NCBI RefSeq assembly: GCF_037042905.1 | Contig: NC_087251.1 | Span: 4,156,001 to 4,220,000, forward strand | Source: Lytechinus pictus | Lineage: Eukaryota | Direction of reading: 5' to 3' | DNA: 64,000 nt | In this document: one piece after another, positions 14,207 through 26,742 of the stretch | Position numbering within the stretch: the stretch's first letter is position 1 | Layout of the letters: each line of letters begins with the position of its first letter | Position numbers and translations under genes: made by a program | Notes under the pieces: generated by a model | The model's database searches: none | Seen by the model: the letters and a program-made list of their open reading frames with translations, nothing else | What the model was told of the DNA's origin: nothing

Positions 14207-14821
14207 AGTTCTTCTTTGTATGGTGGATTTAATATTTATTTTTCGAATCCTAGTACTGATCTGCTTTCATTATGATAAATTCAATTTTCTTGCAAGCACG
14301 TTGTGTGAAAGCGAGCATAATAATTTTTAGTACAAGTCGACTAGCTATCAAAATTAATGTGCCCTCAAATTAGATTCTTATTTCATGAAAAGTAATTATG
14401 TATATCGAGCTCGAAATATTGAAATATTCGACCATCCCGATCCTCTTATCCATTCAGCTATTTTCTCTCAATAGAGTAGGTGAATTATAATTTTGTTCGC
14501 AATATTCAATTCCTATTTTTAGCAGGCAGCTATAGGCCTTGCCGATTATACTTTTTGGCTTATTTGCTGCTTGTACAGCTATCTCTGCAAAATCTCCTCG
14601 TGAGTTTTTTTTCTTCTTTAAGTTTAGCATTGTAAAAATTAGTTTTTTGGGGGGGGGGTAGAAAAAGTGTCGGTCCACTTTCCTTGTTCTGAGTCTCGGG
14701 TCCGGGAAATAGGCCCGGAAATCGACCGGTCTTGGTATCAAGACTCGTTCCCACTACTATCATACCTAAACGAGTATGAGTCGTGGGAACAATTAAGTTA
14801 TTATATATCCGCAACATCATA

Positions 14822-14913
14822 ACTTACACGTGTCAGACCTCCGTCTGAATCATGCAGATAGGCTTCAAAGTTGTGTGTGCAATAATCGTACATCCTCTTT
14901 GGTTTATAAGGTG
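14822..14913 (+). promoter_or_regulatory. Putative proximal promoter of paralog 1: E-box block ACTTACACGTGTCA and TATAAGGTG
   Basis: Both blocks recur in the same order upstream of paralog 2. Confidence 0.5.
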
Positions 14914-15030
14914 TAAAAGCTAGGCCGTTATCATTCGCTACATAGTCATTTGTAAAAGACTATATAATTTTGATAAGAAGGTAGTCTGTTTCGCGTTTTT
15001 AATCAATATTGATTACAATTCCGATAAACG

Positions 15031-18000
15031 ATGGGTTGTATTCTATCTCGGATGGGTTGTCTTTTCACTGAGTGCATGACTGTCGAGAGTCCGTCAAAGC
15101 TGTTAATGATTGGTCTGGATGCAGCAGGTATACTGAAGCTCGAATCTTATTTCTTTATATTAATTCAACAATTTACTTCAAAAGTAAGATGCCTATTTAT
15201 CCAAGTCCCTCTTTCAGATTTGATATCTGCACTTGAGAGTATTAGGGGGAAATGGTGGGGGTGGTGGTCGGCCGAATATCCACAGAGTGAGAGCAATTAA
15301 TTTATTCCAAATAGCCTATATGTTACCTCTCAGCCCTCGCAATCGGTCTATGGGAATTCTATGAATAAGGCTCACATTGATGTAAATTAATCGTTGAATA
15401 ATAACATTATACCACATGATTATTCTATCAAATTGACAGGAAAGACCACAATTCTATACAGGCTGAAGCTAAGTAAAACCGTGACAGTTATCCCGACCAT
15501 CGGATTCAACATCGAGACCATCACACCGGGACCAGGTCTAACATTCGACGTCTGGGATATTGGATATTCCGAAAAACTCAGACCACTATCGAAACATTAT
15601 TACCCTGGAACACAAGGTAAGGACAACATGGCTTTAATTTATTGTTGAAAATTGATGTTACTGTATGTAGTTGTCACTTTAGGCTGCATGAGTGACTTAA
15701 GTGGAATAACGTACCCTACTTTGTTTTATACAATCGTCTGTTAATTATTTTTTCAATATTGTTTTCCGTTTTAAAGGATTTATCTTTGTGGTAGACAGTC
15801 AAGACCAAGAGCGTTTCTCTGAAGCCAGAGAATTACTACACGATATGGTGTATGCTAATGAAATGGATGCAAATATACCAATCTTAATCCTTGCCAACAA
15901 ACAAGATCTGGCAGGTATGTTTGATTTTTTTTTCATTTCTTCTTTTTATTTTCAACATACCACTGAGAAATATAAAAATTCAAAACAATGAGCAGAAATA
16001 TTTACTGACACTTAAAATGTGAAGAATCCATAAAAAAGGAACACATAAATAAAAGGACAAGTCCACCCTAACATAAAGTCGATTGAAAAAACGAGAAAAA
16101 TCCAACAAGCATTTCATCAAAATCGGATGTAAGATAAGAAAATTATGACATTTTAATTTGTCGCTTAATTTCACAAAACAATTATATGCACGTCCTGGTC
16201 GGTATGCTAATGAGGCAGGCGCGTAGCCAGGGGGGAAGGGCGGTCGCCCCCCCCCCCCCCCCCAAAAAAAAAAAAAAACGTCCCCAAAAAGAAAAAAAAG
16301 GGAAAAAAGAGAGGAGAAAAGGAAAAGGGAAGGGAGGAAAGGGAAGAAAGGTAGCTTTTTTTTTTTTTTTAATTCTTTATTTTTTTCTCAAAAGAGAAAC
16401 TCTTGCTCTAAATTTATATATGAATTTTGCTTCCGCGCTGCGCGCGGTTAAATGACAATATTAAAGTTCTCCATTGTTTCCCCCACCCTTTCTCTAACCC
16501 TGTTTTTCCACCTCAGCTATATGTGTTTCTTGCCAAGTTAAATGTACACATTAGGGCATGGAATTTTGAGTAAGATTAGGCCGAACTATATGAAGTTATC
16601 TTTTTTTTTTTATCGCGCAACTTCTGGTCGGGTCGGCTCCAGGCGGGTAAAATCAATATCTGCCGTCACCTCCATAAAGTCAACTTTTCCCGCTTTTCAG
16701 CTTAATACTAAACAACCATAATTTTGGGGCAAACAGGTTCCTAATTTAAAAAGAGGAAGGTATAAAATTCGTGTCGTATTAAATAAAAAGTACAATATTT
16801 GTATCGAATTCTATTAAACTTCATGTCATTTCCCTGCACATTCATCTCCTGTCCTGTTTTGCGCCCTCAGTTTGAAATTTTGAATGACACTTGAGATAGT
16901 TCAAAATGAAGCGCTTCAGGATAAGTCAAAGAAATTAGGCATCCTTTTTTATATAATTTCAATAAATCACAAAAGTTTCAACTTTTTGCGCACTATTTTC
17001 CTTGTAATGAAGTTCAATAATCTTATCAAATCAATTGAATTAGAGCCGATGGGCATGATGGGGTATTTCGGATATCTGCATTTTTGATGAAACGTCCGCC
17101 CTTTGAAATTTCAGAGTTTCATTGCTCTGCGCGGGGAGGAATATCTTCCTCCCGGCATATACATTTCTTCTCCTCTGTTTTGCGAGTTAAAGATATGCAC
17201 TGTCGCTAAATTGTAATCAAATCTGATCTTTCCAAGGGAAGTATTCAATGTATCTTTGAGAATACCCTTTTCTCGGGACCCTTTTCATGGCAAAAAAATT
17301 GATAACACGCTTTAGCTTCCGCGCTTCGCGCGGGTTTATTATTATTTTAATTTCCTCCATTGTATTCCTTTTTTGTGCGTTCACAATCATTTTTGAAAAC
17401 AAGGTTCAAAATCACAATATAGGCAACTGAATTGGAGCTGATATAGGTACTAGAGACAAGAGAGACGGCTCCTTTTCATTTTAATTTATGAAACACCAAA
17501 AGCTTCGCGCTTCGCGCGGGAGGGGGAAACTAGGGAGCGCGCTTCGCGCGCTCTGTAATCGTTGGCACGCTTCGCGTGCATTTACCGCCCCCTCCAAAAT
17601 GAAATCCTGGCTACGCGGTTGTAATGAGGATACTGATGACATCACTCACTATTTCTTTTGTATTTCATTATATGAAATATTTAAATTTTCTACTCATTGC
17701 CATGTGAAACAAAGTGTTATTCCTCCCTGAACATGTGGAACTACCATTGTTTTACAAAATTTTGGTTCAGTCAAGATGGTCATTATTGTCAAATCTGTAA
17801 AAAATGAAATATTTTATAATTCAAACAATAAAAACACAATAAATGGTGAGGGATGGACATCATCGACTGTCTCATTTGCATGTCACTGAGTTATGCATAT
17901 AACTGTTTTGTGAAAAATAAGCGAAATTTTAAAATGTAATAACTATCTTATTTTACATCCGATTGTAATGAAATTTTCAGTGTTATGCTTGTTTGATTTT

Positions 18001-18783
18001 TCTCTATTGAATCAAACCAATATTTTTTTAGGGTGGACTTGACCTTTAATGTTTTTTTTTAGATAAACATGAATTTCGTATTGGTATTTCACCATATGGG
18101 AGCGGGTTGTCTTGCCCCCTAGAGGAACCAAAACGTCGCGCATGATCAGAAGAATATTTTCTGACAGAGGCGTCGATCCTGAGGGGGGGGGGGCGATCGC
18201 CCCACCAATGAAAATATTGGGGTGGCAAGCATATCAATTTGCCCCCCTAATAATTCCGTAAGAGCAAAATAAAATAAAATTGTAATATCATAACAGAAAT
18301 CAGCAAATTAACCAAACACAATATAATATTTAGTTTTTACATCTATAGTACAGTACAAAATCATGATTTCTACGCGCGCTTCGCGCGGGAAACGATTCCA
18401 TCTATCATTGCAACTTTTGTTAGGTAGGCCCTACATTTACAAAGAATCTCATCATACAGGCATGCAATTCTTTTCTGCCAATGAATAAACAAGAAAATGG
18501 CAAACCCCTTTTTCCATAGGCGTATCCAGGTGAGTTATATGAGTATCTATTTTTAATTCCAATAAACTATCTAAAAAATATTTCCAAAATTTGGGCTCGA
18601 GATTTGCACTCGCAAATTTGATGGTTGAATAATGTTTTCTCTTCATGGGTAACTGCAAACAGTCCTTAACAATTTCCCTTTTCAGGCCCAGAACAATATT
18701 TAAAAATCGTGCTCGCGTTGGCGGTAATTGTTTAGTTACATACGCATCTTGTTCAGGATTACAAACATTGCTCAGAAGGCTCA

Positions 18784-18822
<39 letters not shown>

Positions 18823-19144
18823 ATATTATATATATATATAGGATATTATATATAAATATTATATATACTTCATTTTCTTAAGCAAGGGATTGCGGCTCAT
18901 TTAAATCGGACCTATATGAGCAAAAACTGAAAGCAAGACAAAATCTGTATTATTAATTACATTTTTCCTTCCATCTTATTTCCAAGGTGCACATGACGTT
19001 ACTAAGTTGATCGACGAGCTCCAACTCCGCGACCTTACCCAGAATCCTTGGCATATCCAAGGCGCATGCGCCACAACTGGAGATGGTTTGTACGAAGGAC
19101 TTATCGAATTATCAAACATGATCAGAGAATACAAGAAATCTTAA
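15031..19144 (+). CDS. ARF/ARL-family small GTPase, paralog 1 (atypical G3 motif); join(15031..15127,15440..15616,15777..15914,18987..19144), 189 aa
   Basis: All introns are GT-AG. Exons of 97+177+138+158 = 570 nt give an open frame [12 protein letters not shown]...GLDAAGKTT...IPTIGFNIE...WDIGYSEK...ANKQD...[10 protein letters not shown]...EYKKS*. G1, G2, G4 and G5 motifs and Gly2 are present. Confidence 0.93.
16054..18045. mobile_element. Kolobok-like family A element in intron 3 of paralog 1, split by a nested hAT element
   Basis: AGGACAAGTCCACCCTA ... TAGGGTGGACTTGACCT|TTAA. Confidence 0.85.
16216..17621. mobile_element. Non-autonomous hAT-like element with 8-bp TSD TAATGAGG
   Basis: TIRs CAGGCGCGTAGCCAGG / CCTGGCTACGCGGTTG (14/16 match). 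Exact TAATGAGG at 16208..16215 and 17622..17629. Confidence 0.85.
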
Positions 19145-20235
19145 CATCACTCACCAAGGATAAAATGGAATAGAAGATTCAAATCGATGCCCAACAATGT
19201 CCGACGATGCCCCAAACCACTAAGCTTTGAAACTGTTTCATCTATGTTTTAAAAGAAAGAATCACCATGAGTGTGCCGTTTGATTTATTATGTATGATAT
19301 AGTAATCGGATACCTTATGAGTGGTTGAACCATAACAAGTGGCGGCATCAGGATTTTTAAACGAGTTGGGCAAATGGGGGGGGGGGGGGATTATCATTTG
19401 GGGGGGGGCAAAGGTGGACATTAGTATTATTATTATTTTGCCTAAGTTTACAAAATCGCGAGCGACGCGCGAGCTAAAATTTTTAATGTAGGCCCAACTG
19501 AAGAGAAAAGGGACATGTTAAAGAGTGTTTGCAGTGACTATAGTGAAGTTGACATGTCATCTCACCTAATAAAATGATGGGAGCGTGAAGCGCGAGCTGA
19601 AAATTTTCAATATCCTGATATTATAACTGGACGTTATCAGCACTTTTGGTAACCATAAAAAGTATGGGTATCTAACAATTGACAATATTCGAACATCTAA
19701 CCGTTATACAATAGATTGATTTACTTGTCAACTTCTTTTATGATTAAATGCCTATTTGTTTGCATGATATGCCACAACATATACTACCATGCCCAAGGAA
19801 AAGGAAACTAGATACACTATTATTTACTCATGAATTTGCCCGATGCCATGCCTTAAAATATACTTGATTTCATAGCTTTGACCGCTTCTTGGAAACGACT
19901 CCTATATGCTTGGAACCAAAATGTCAAGAGCTCTTATGTAACATGCCACCAATCGAAAAGGCATTTTAAACATCTTGTAATTTAAACATTGCAATTTCTT
20001 CATTCTAGCCATCAATCGTTTAAAAATAACCCCAAAAAATGCATATCAGTGATTCTGCCACCCCCCCCCCCTTTACACTAATTCCACTTCTCTCTATTTC
20101 CATTCAAACCCTCTCCCTCTCTTCTGAATTTGCTTTCACCATTTCTCCTTTTTTCTCTTTTATCCAGCTTTAGTTTTCCTTCTTGTTTTTCTCCTTTTTT
20201 CTATTGTTTTCTTCCTCTCTTTTTTTCTTCTTTTT

Positions 20236-20266
<31 letters not shown>

Positions 20267-20959
20267 ATCTTTCTTCTTGCTTTCTTTCTTTCTTCATTTC
20301 TTTCCTTCTTCTAAACCTGCATTTGCGAATTATTTCTTCATTCTTATTTTGTTATTTATTGAACTGTATTTTAACGTTAGTGTTCTTTTTTAGCACCAGC
20401 CAATGAGGAGAGTCTTTTAACAGAAACTTGATTTCTTTTGATAATCCCCAGGCATTAGCTGGTGTTCTTTCCTTTTTTTGTGTGTTTTTTTTTTTTTTTT
20501 TTTTTTGTATATTGGATATTGTATGATGATTATTTTCAATGTAATGAATTTGACCATTGTTACGAGTATAATGTGTACCTGTAAATAAAATAAAATAAAT
20601 AAAATAAAATAACTCAACAATATTATTGATGCGCGCAAGCGCGTGGCGCGAGCTGAAATTTTTTCAATATTCAACACTTTTTTAAATCATGAACATGCAT
20701 GCATATGTCGCTAAATAATGAAACTCAAATCTGCAGAAGAATAATTTGTACATATTGATTTTAACACTGGATGTTTAAGCTCCGTGTTATCTTATTGAAC
20801 AGATCATTTATTTATCTCAATCAACAGCCACTGCGAGCGCGAGGCGCGAGCAATATTTTGAATTTTGTATAATGACCTGAAAGATTTATGTTAGTGACTA
20901 ATATTGTTGGAAGCTAACAGTGACTGGATGCAAAATGCTCCTTTGGAGCACTTTACATC

Positions 20960-21460
20960 TTTAGTAAAAAAAAAAGAGTAAGAGAGAGGGAGGGAGAGAG
21001 AAAGAAGGGAAAGGAAAAAATAGAAAGCAGAAGCTTAGGGAGAAATTAGGGAAGAGAAAAAAGGAAAGGGGAGTGAAAAGGAAGGGAAAAGAGAGAGAGG
21101 GAGAGGGGAAAGAAAAGGAAGGGGGAGAGAAAAGGAAGGAAAGGGAGTGAGAAAGAGAGAAACAATGAAGGAGGGGGAAGGGAAGAGAAAAGAAGAAGAA
21201 AAAGAAAGGAGAGGGGAAAGAAGGGAAAAGAATGAAAGAAAAAATTGAAATTGACTAGAGAGAAAATGAAAACAAAAGAGAAAGGAGAGAGGGAAAATGA
21301 GAGAGAAAACGAAAGAAAGAGGGCAGAGGAAAGAAAGGGAAAAGAAAGGAGAGGAAAGAGAAAAGGAGGGGAAAAGAAAAGGAAAAAAAGGTAAACGGAG
21401 GAGAAAGAAAATTGAAAAATAGAGGGAAAAACGAAAAGATGGAAAAGGGTGAAAAGAAAC
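20960..21460. repeat. Polypurine (GA-rich) low-complexity tract
   Basis: Almost exclusively G and A. Confidence 0.85.
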
Positions 21461-21565
21461 ATACGACATCGAAAAAAAACTGATCTTGCTACCACATACA
21501 AAACTGCATTTTTTTTCAAATATTTTGATTTTGCTGGGGACAACATTCATAATCTTCGGGATCAC

Positions 21566-22040
21566 ATTAGACCAAGTGTGTTAGACCAAACGATCATTAG
21601 ACCATATGACAATTAGACGAAATGAAAATTAGACAAATTGACGATTAGCCAAGCTTGTCAATAGACCACTAGTAGACCAAGTGGTCATTAGACCAATTAG
21701 TTATTAGACCAAGAGGAAACTAGATTAAATGGAATTTAGAACAAGTGTAAATTAGACCAAACGGTCATTAGACCATATGACAATTAGACGAAATGAAAAT
21801 TAGACCTAGTGGAAATTAGCCGAAGTGGAAATTTGACCAAGTGGTGTTAGACGAACTGGAAATTAGACTAAATGATTTTAGCCCAACTGCTCATTAGACG
21901 AAATGGATATTAGACCAAGTGGGAATTAGACGAATTGGATATTAGACCAAGAACTGGATATTAGACTAACTGGTTGTAGACGAAATGGGTTTAGACTATG
22001 TGAAGTTGGACAAACTGACCAAGTGGTATTAGACCATCCG
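21566..22040. repeat. Degenerate tandem repeat of about 20 bp (TTAGACCAA/TTAGACGAA core)
   Basis: The core recurs about every 20 nt. The same unit type occurs at 37950..38376. Confidence 0.8.
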
Positions 22041-23042
22041 ATAATTCACTAATTAATAGTTGGTTGCTGCATTGATTCAATGATTGCTTTTCAATCACTG
22101 ACCATCGCTGTAATTATACAGATGAAAAGAAAGATGAAATGTGAATGTTCAACAAAACCATTTTTGGGTGGTGGGAGGGGGGCCATCAATGTTCCTTTCA
22201 AGTCCTATCTTCCTAGTGATATGAAAAACATCACTAAGAAAAAAAAAGGGCGTTTTGTTTTGTAAAATTATACCGGAGGAATGCGTTTAATTAATGTCTG
22301 TATGCCAATTTCTTGTAAGTATTGTAATTCTTAATGATTTATAACAAAAACATAAATATATTTATTGAAAGAAGTATGTATACAATATGCTCACGATATC
22401 AAACATGCATTTCATTTTTGCATATCGATTGTCGATATAAATTTGTAAGTAGTGTAATTTATGCAGACTGAACAAGCGTTGCTTTTTTATATCAGGTTCC
22501 CTCTTATTTTACATTAATAAAATTGTCTTTGATTATAAATCACTGTATTATTTTGATACAAATGAATGACGTCATGTCTGATTTATATGTCATGTTGAAT
22601 CTTGTGATGTTATATTGTTTTTGTATTATTATTATGTTCACATGTGAAATATGCAAAATAAATTCAAATTCAAAATCAAATATATTCGTTAGTTATTTGG
22701 CTCGGTCACACGTAAATGTGTACAAGAAGACCAATGTATAAATGATTAAGTTTATGATAATGTCATCATTTACTTCGGCTAACTTCGATTAGCATATTGT
22801 TATAATTTCAGCTCTCGATTACCAAATGTGTGTTTATAATGATAACGAGTCATATGAATGTATGTGAAATTTGGTAATAATTATTATTATCATGCACATA
22901 AATGAATATAAAACTTGTGCCAAGTCACACTCTTACAATCTAATTGCATGGGAAAGACAAGAAGATTGCAACTGAACATGATTGATTTTTTTTTCCAAAA
23001 AAAATGTTTTATAGTTTACAGGTTTTGAAAAAAAACGTAGTA

Positions 23043-23516
23043 GGTGGTTTCAGACCGCCTCGAAGTTCGCCAGTTCCAGGTATTCTCTGATCGGGAAATT
23101 TACCCCGATCAGAAAATACCAGGTATTTTGGCGGTCTGAAAGCAAACTACGCGTAATATCCCCGAAAGAAAATACCCGATAAATAGTACGTACTTGGCGA
23201 AATTACGAGAACTTTCGCGGGGATTTTTCCAAGGTCGTGGGTATTTTGGCGGTCTGAAAGCAAATTACGGGAACTTTTAGCCCAGCGTGTCGTTGGGTGC
23301 GGCGCCGTGCATGGGTTGCTGCTGGGCTAGTGATTTTGAATTTCGCGCCTTGCTGCTTATCAGACCATACTGCGCATGCTCGTAACTTCAGGAACTTATC
23401 CCGAAGGGTATGTTTCAGGGCGGTGTGAATGCAGGAATAATTAATGGGTATTTTTCAGCCTAAAAAAGTTCTCGTAATTTAACGGGGATTCTTGTGATCG
23501 AGGCGGTTTGAAACCA
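23043..23516. mobile_element. MITE with TIR TGGTTTCAGACCGCCTCGA (possibly PIF/Harbinger-like)
   Basis: The right end TCGAGGCGGTTTGAAACCA matches the left end. Internal repeat GGTATTTTGGCGGTCTGAAAGCAAA occurs twice. Confidence 0.7.
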
Positions 23517-24461
23517 GAGAGGATGAGAGAGAGAGAGAGAAATAAAAAAAAAAAGAGAGAGGAAGGGAGGGGGGTAGAACTAAGGGACATGGAGAGAGCT
23601 ACTGTGCTTTAACCAGGGTTAGGCCCAAACTTGTATGCTCATAACGTTCCTGTGACATTAGTTTTGCTTGTTTGTTTTCAAAATTTATTCCATTTTCTGC
23701 GATTTAAAGGCCCTTCAAGGTCTCTTGTATATAGGGTGCGTTAATTAGTATTGGAACTAAGTTAGAGACTTGCCTTTTTTTACAAGCTCTGCTTTTCTTG
23801 GCAAGTTAAATTGACTTCAATTAACTTCAGTTATTTTAACGTCAATATTTTGCATGAAATGTCTTTGAACTTTATGTATTATTTTGTACATGTATTTGTA
23901 CTGTTACTCCGAATATATTATTGTGTTGAACGGAAATAAATGAATCTAAATCTAAATCTAAATCTTCAATAAAAGATAATGATTATTTTGTCGATAAGTC
24001 ATTGTTTGAGAGGATACTCATTTTGGTTTGAGGTTTATTATTTATTTCATTGGGATAAAGATGGGCGGGGACTTGGAGGGCTCTGCCCCCTCGCCCCCCC
24101 CCCCCCCCCGAAATCGAAAGGGAAGGGAAAGGTTGAAAATTGTATCATTTGTTGATATCATACATGTAAAAAAAATATTGCAAAATTAGATTTTCATTTT
24201 AAAAAGGCCAAAATTTTGCCAGCCTTTTTTAAACAGAAATTTTCCAACATACGCAATGCTGAGCCCCCTCCAAGCTTATGGTTCATTTTGCTCACCCGGG
24301 ACAATGGTTCATTGTCATGCCCTACAATAAAGCAGCTTGAATAAAAAGATTCGTGGATTTTCTAGTTCGGTGCCTCACTTACAGTGACAAATGCTTAAAC
24401 CCTCGAGCTATCTATTCATAGTTCCATCCTTAAATAAGATATATCTTAGAGGGTTCATCAA

Positions 24462-24533
24462 TCCTTGGTAGTATAGTGGTAAGTATCTCCGCCTGTCACG
24501 CGGAAGACCGGGGTTCGATTCCCCGCCAAGGAG
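24462..24533 (+). tRNA. tRNA-Asp (anticodon GTC)
   Basis: 72-nt cloverleaf: acceptor TCCTTGG/CCAAGGA, anticodon arm TCCGC-ctGTCac-GCGGA, T arm CGGGG-TTCGATT-CCCCG. A and B boxes are intact. Confidence 0.97.
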
Positions 24534-24537
24534 ATCG

Positions 24538-24545
24538 TTTTTTTT
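24538..24545 (+). terminator. RNA polymerase III oligo-T terminator of tRNA-Asp
   Basis: T8 run starting 5 nt after the tRNA 3' end. Confidence 0.8.
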
Positions 24546-26453
24546 AATCGTGATATGTTTCATATTTTACATTCAAACTCAATAGACCAGTTCGTAGTTA
24601 CTTCATGGACGATTTTGGTCAAATGACCTTTCATTTCTTTCACTATGATAGGCAGATTTAAAAGCAAGATTATTACGTAAGCATGCCTTCCATAGCAGGA
24701 TAAAGATATTGAATAGACCAGGTGACCAGAATAGCACACCAATGAACACTCTATGAAGGTATATTTGTTGCATTTCTACTTTGAATGCATAATTATAGCA
24801 TGTTGTCCAATGTACTTGGCAAACTGAAATACCAGTTGTTCGTGGACGCATTGTTATTTTTTGTGGAGGTAAATCAAAAGAATATATGAATAATCAAGAC
24901 GAGTGAGTAAACTATTGACCTTTTTCAAATTAAAATCTAATTTTGTGCTAGATTTTGAAATCTCACCCATTTTCCTTTCCTTTTCTTGCCTTTTTATCTT
25001 CAGTGTGGACTTCTTTTCAATATCTTTTTCTTTTCTTGGACCCGCACCCCTATACGACAGTGGTTAAAAAACTAACACAAATCTCTCATCTCTCAGTGAA
25101 TCATGGCTTGAATCGGTCAAAATGAAATAAGGTGTGTGAAAAAAAAGTAAAGATAAAAGCGATATATATATAGAAAACGACAGAGAACAGGGAATGATAG
25201 AATTGAGAGGGTATTTTTGATCAACCTCAAATGTTATGTTATCTTACAAAAAAAAAAGTAGGCCTATAGTATCCCAATATTTCTCTCTGTTCTATAAATA
25301 GAACTTTCATTTATTCCCTCAAAGGAAAAGGGAAAGACGAGTCTATTGAACCAATATTTCTTCCACTTCTGAAAAGCCACGTATCAATAGTTGACATAAC
25401 AATAGGAATCACCGGTCTATGACGTGGAGTGTGTGACAGACGCAGACAACACGTAAATTTATACGATGTCAACATGTCGATGTAATCAATTTGTTTGCTT
25501 TTTAACAATAGTCTAGGTAAAAGGATTTTATCATGATCATATCGCCAGCACACAAAAGCACATGCAGGCAGGCTTTACTGTAGTCGTATACACGTCACTT
25601 AAACACGTAACCTTGGCAACTAATTTTGTGCATACTCATATTATTAGGCTGCATGGTGCATTGCCCCCTACTTTGTGGTTATAGATGCACTAGTTTTCTG
25701 TCCAATCAACAGTTTTATTTGCTTTGATTTTTTTTTCTTCTGTATTGTCAAACAGGCCGATTAGAAAAATATCAATTGATATTTTACGGGAAATAAATAG
25801 GCATACTCTTTATTTTGTAGTCCTTATTATCCTTATTCTTAATTTCGTTCTTCTTCTTTCTTATCTTCTTCTCATTATTTATCTACTAATTTATTATCAT
25901 TATTATTATCATTTTTTTTTTATTGTTATTATTATCATTATTATTATTACTACTATCATCATCATTACTATTATTATTAGCAATTAAGATTTATATTTAT
26001 ATTTTACTTCTGACAATATTATTGTAAGCGCTGTGATATATTTTTGTGTATAGCGCATATAAATAACCGTTATTATTATTATTATTATTATCAACATCAT
26101 CATCGTCGTCGTTGCCATCGTCGTCATCATAATTAGGATGACGATTGATGTGATCGTGATGATGATGATGATGATGATGATGAAATTGATGACGGGTAAT
26201 AATATACTGCTACTAGTACTATACCAGTTGTATGTCCGAAAGGGTTGTTTTTCATTATGACAGCTTTTATGTCAAAATCTTCCACCAAAGGCAGACAAAA
26301 CATGATTCAGTGACTCATGACTTGTATTTGGTTCCTACCTTATTTGTTGGTTAAGATTCATGTTGACAGGGTTTACGGTCTCACATCCGGGAATTTGGCA
26401 TGAAAAGTCCCTCTTCAGCTATTGGTCGAAGCGAGGCGGTGTGTGACAACTTT

Positions 26454-26519
26454 ACTTACACGTGTCAAATTTCGCATCATCGAATTATCAATAGCCTGCT
26501 TGGTTTTCTATATAAGGTG
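26454..26519 (+). promoter_or_regulatory. Putative proximal promoter of paralog 2: E-box block ACTTACACGTGTCA and TATATAAGGTG
   Basis: 14-bp and 9-bp identities with the paralog 1 upstream region in otherwise unalignable sequence. Confidence 0.5.
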
Positions 26520-26742
26520 GTAGAGGGATGTTTGACAAATCATAATTCTACTTTTCTCAGATCAAAATTCAGACTTGGATACTGAAGAATTTTACAAGAG
26601 ATTTATATAATTCCATAGCCTTTACACGCAGCAGAGTGGATTTGATATCATTATCAGTAACATAGGAGGATTATATTATTATCATTATATTATTATATTT
26701 GTACTTTTGGAAGTTGAAATTGTTGATCTGAAGGCTGTAGAG

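Noticed and set aside
15031..15991. Fragmented ARF ORFs in the ORF track suggesting a pseudogene
   Set aside because: The fragments join in frame through canonical GT-AG introns, and the apparent stops are intronic.
21035..21565. 176-aa and 166-aa minus-strand ORFs
   Set aside because: Translation of the GA-rich tract.
21566..22040. Regularly spaced short repeats resembling a CRISPR array
   Set aside because: Period is about 20 nt, units are degenerate and related rather than unique spacers, there are no cas genes, and the context is eukaryotic.
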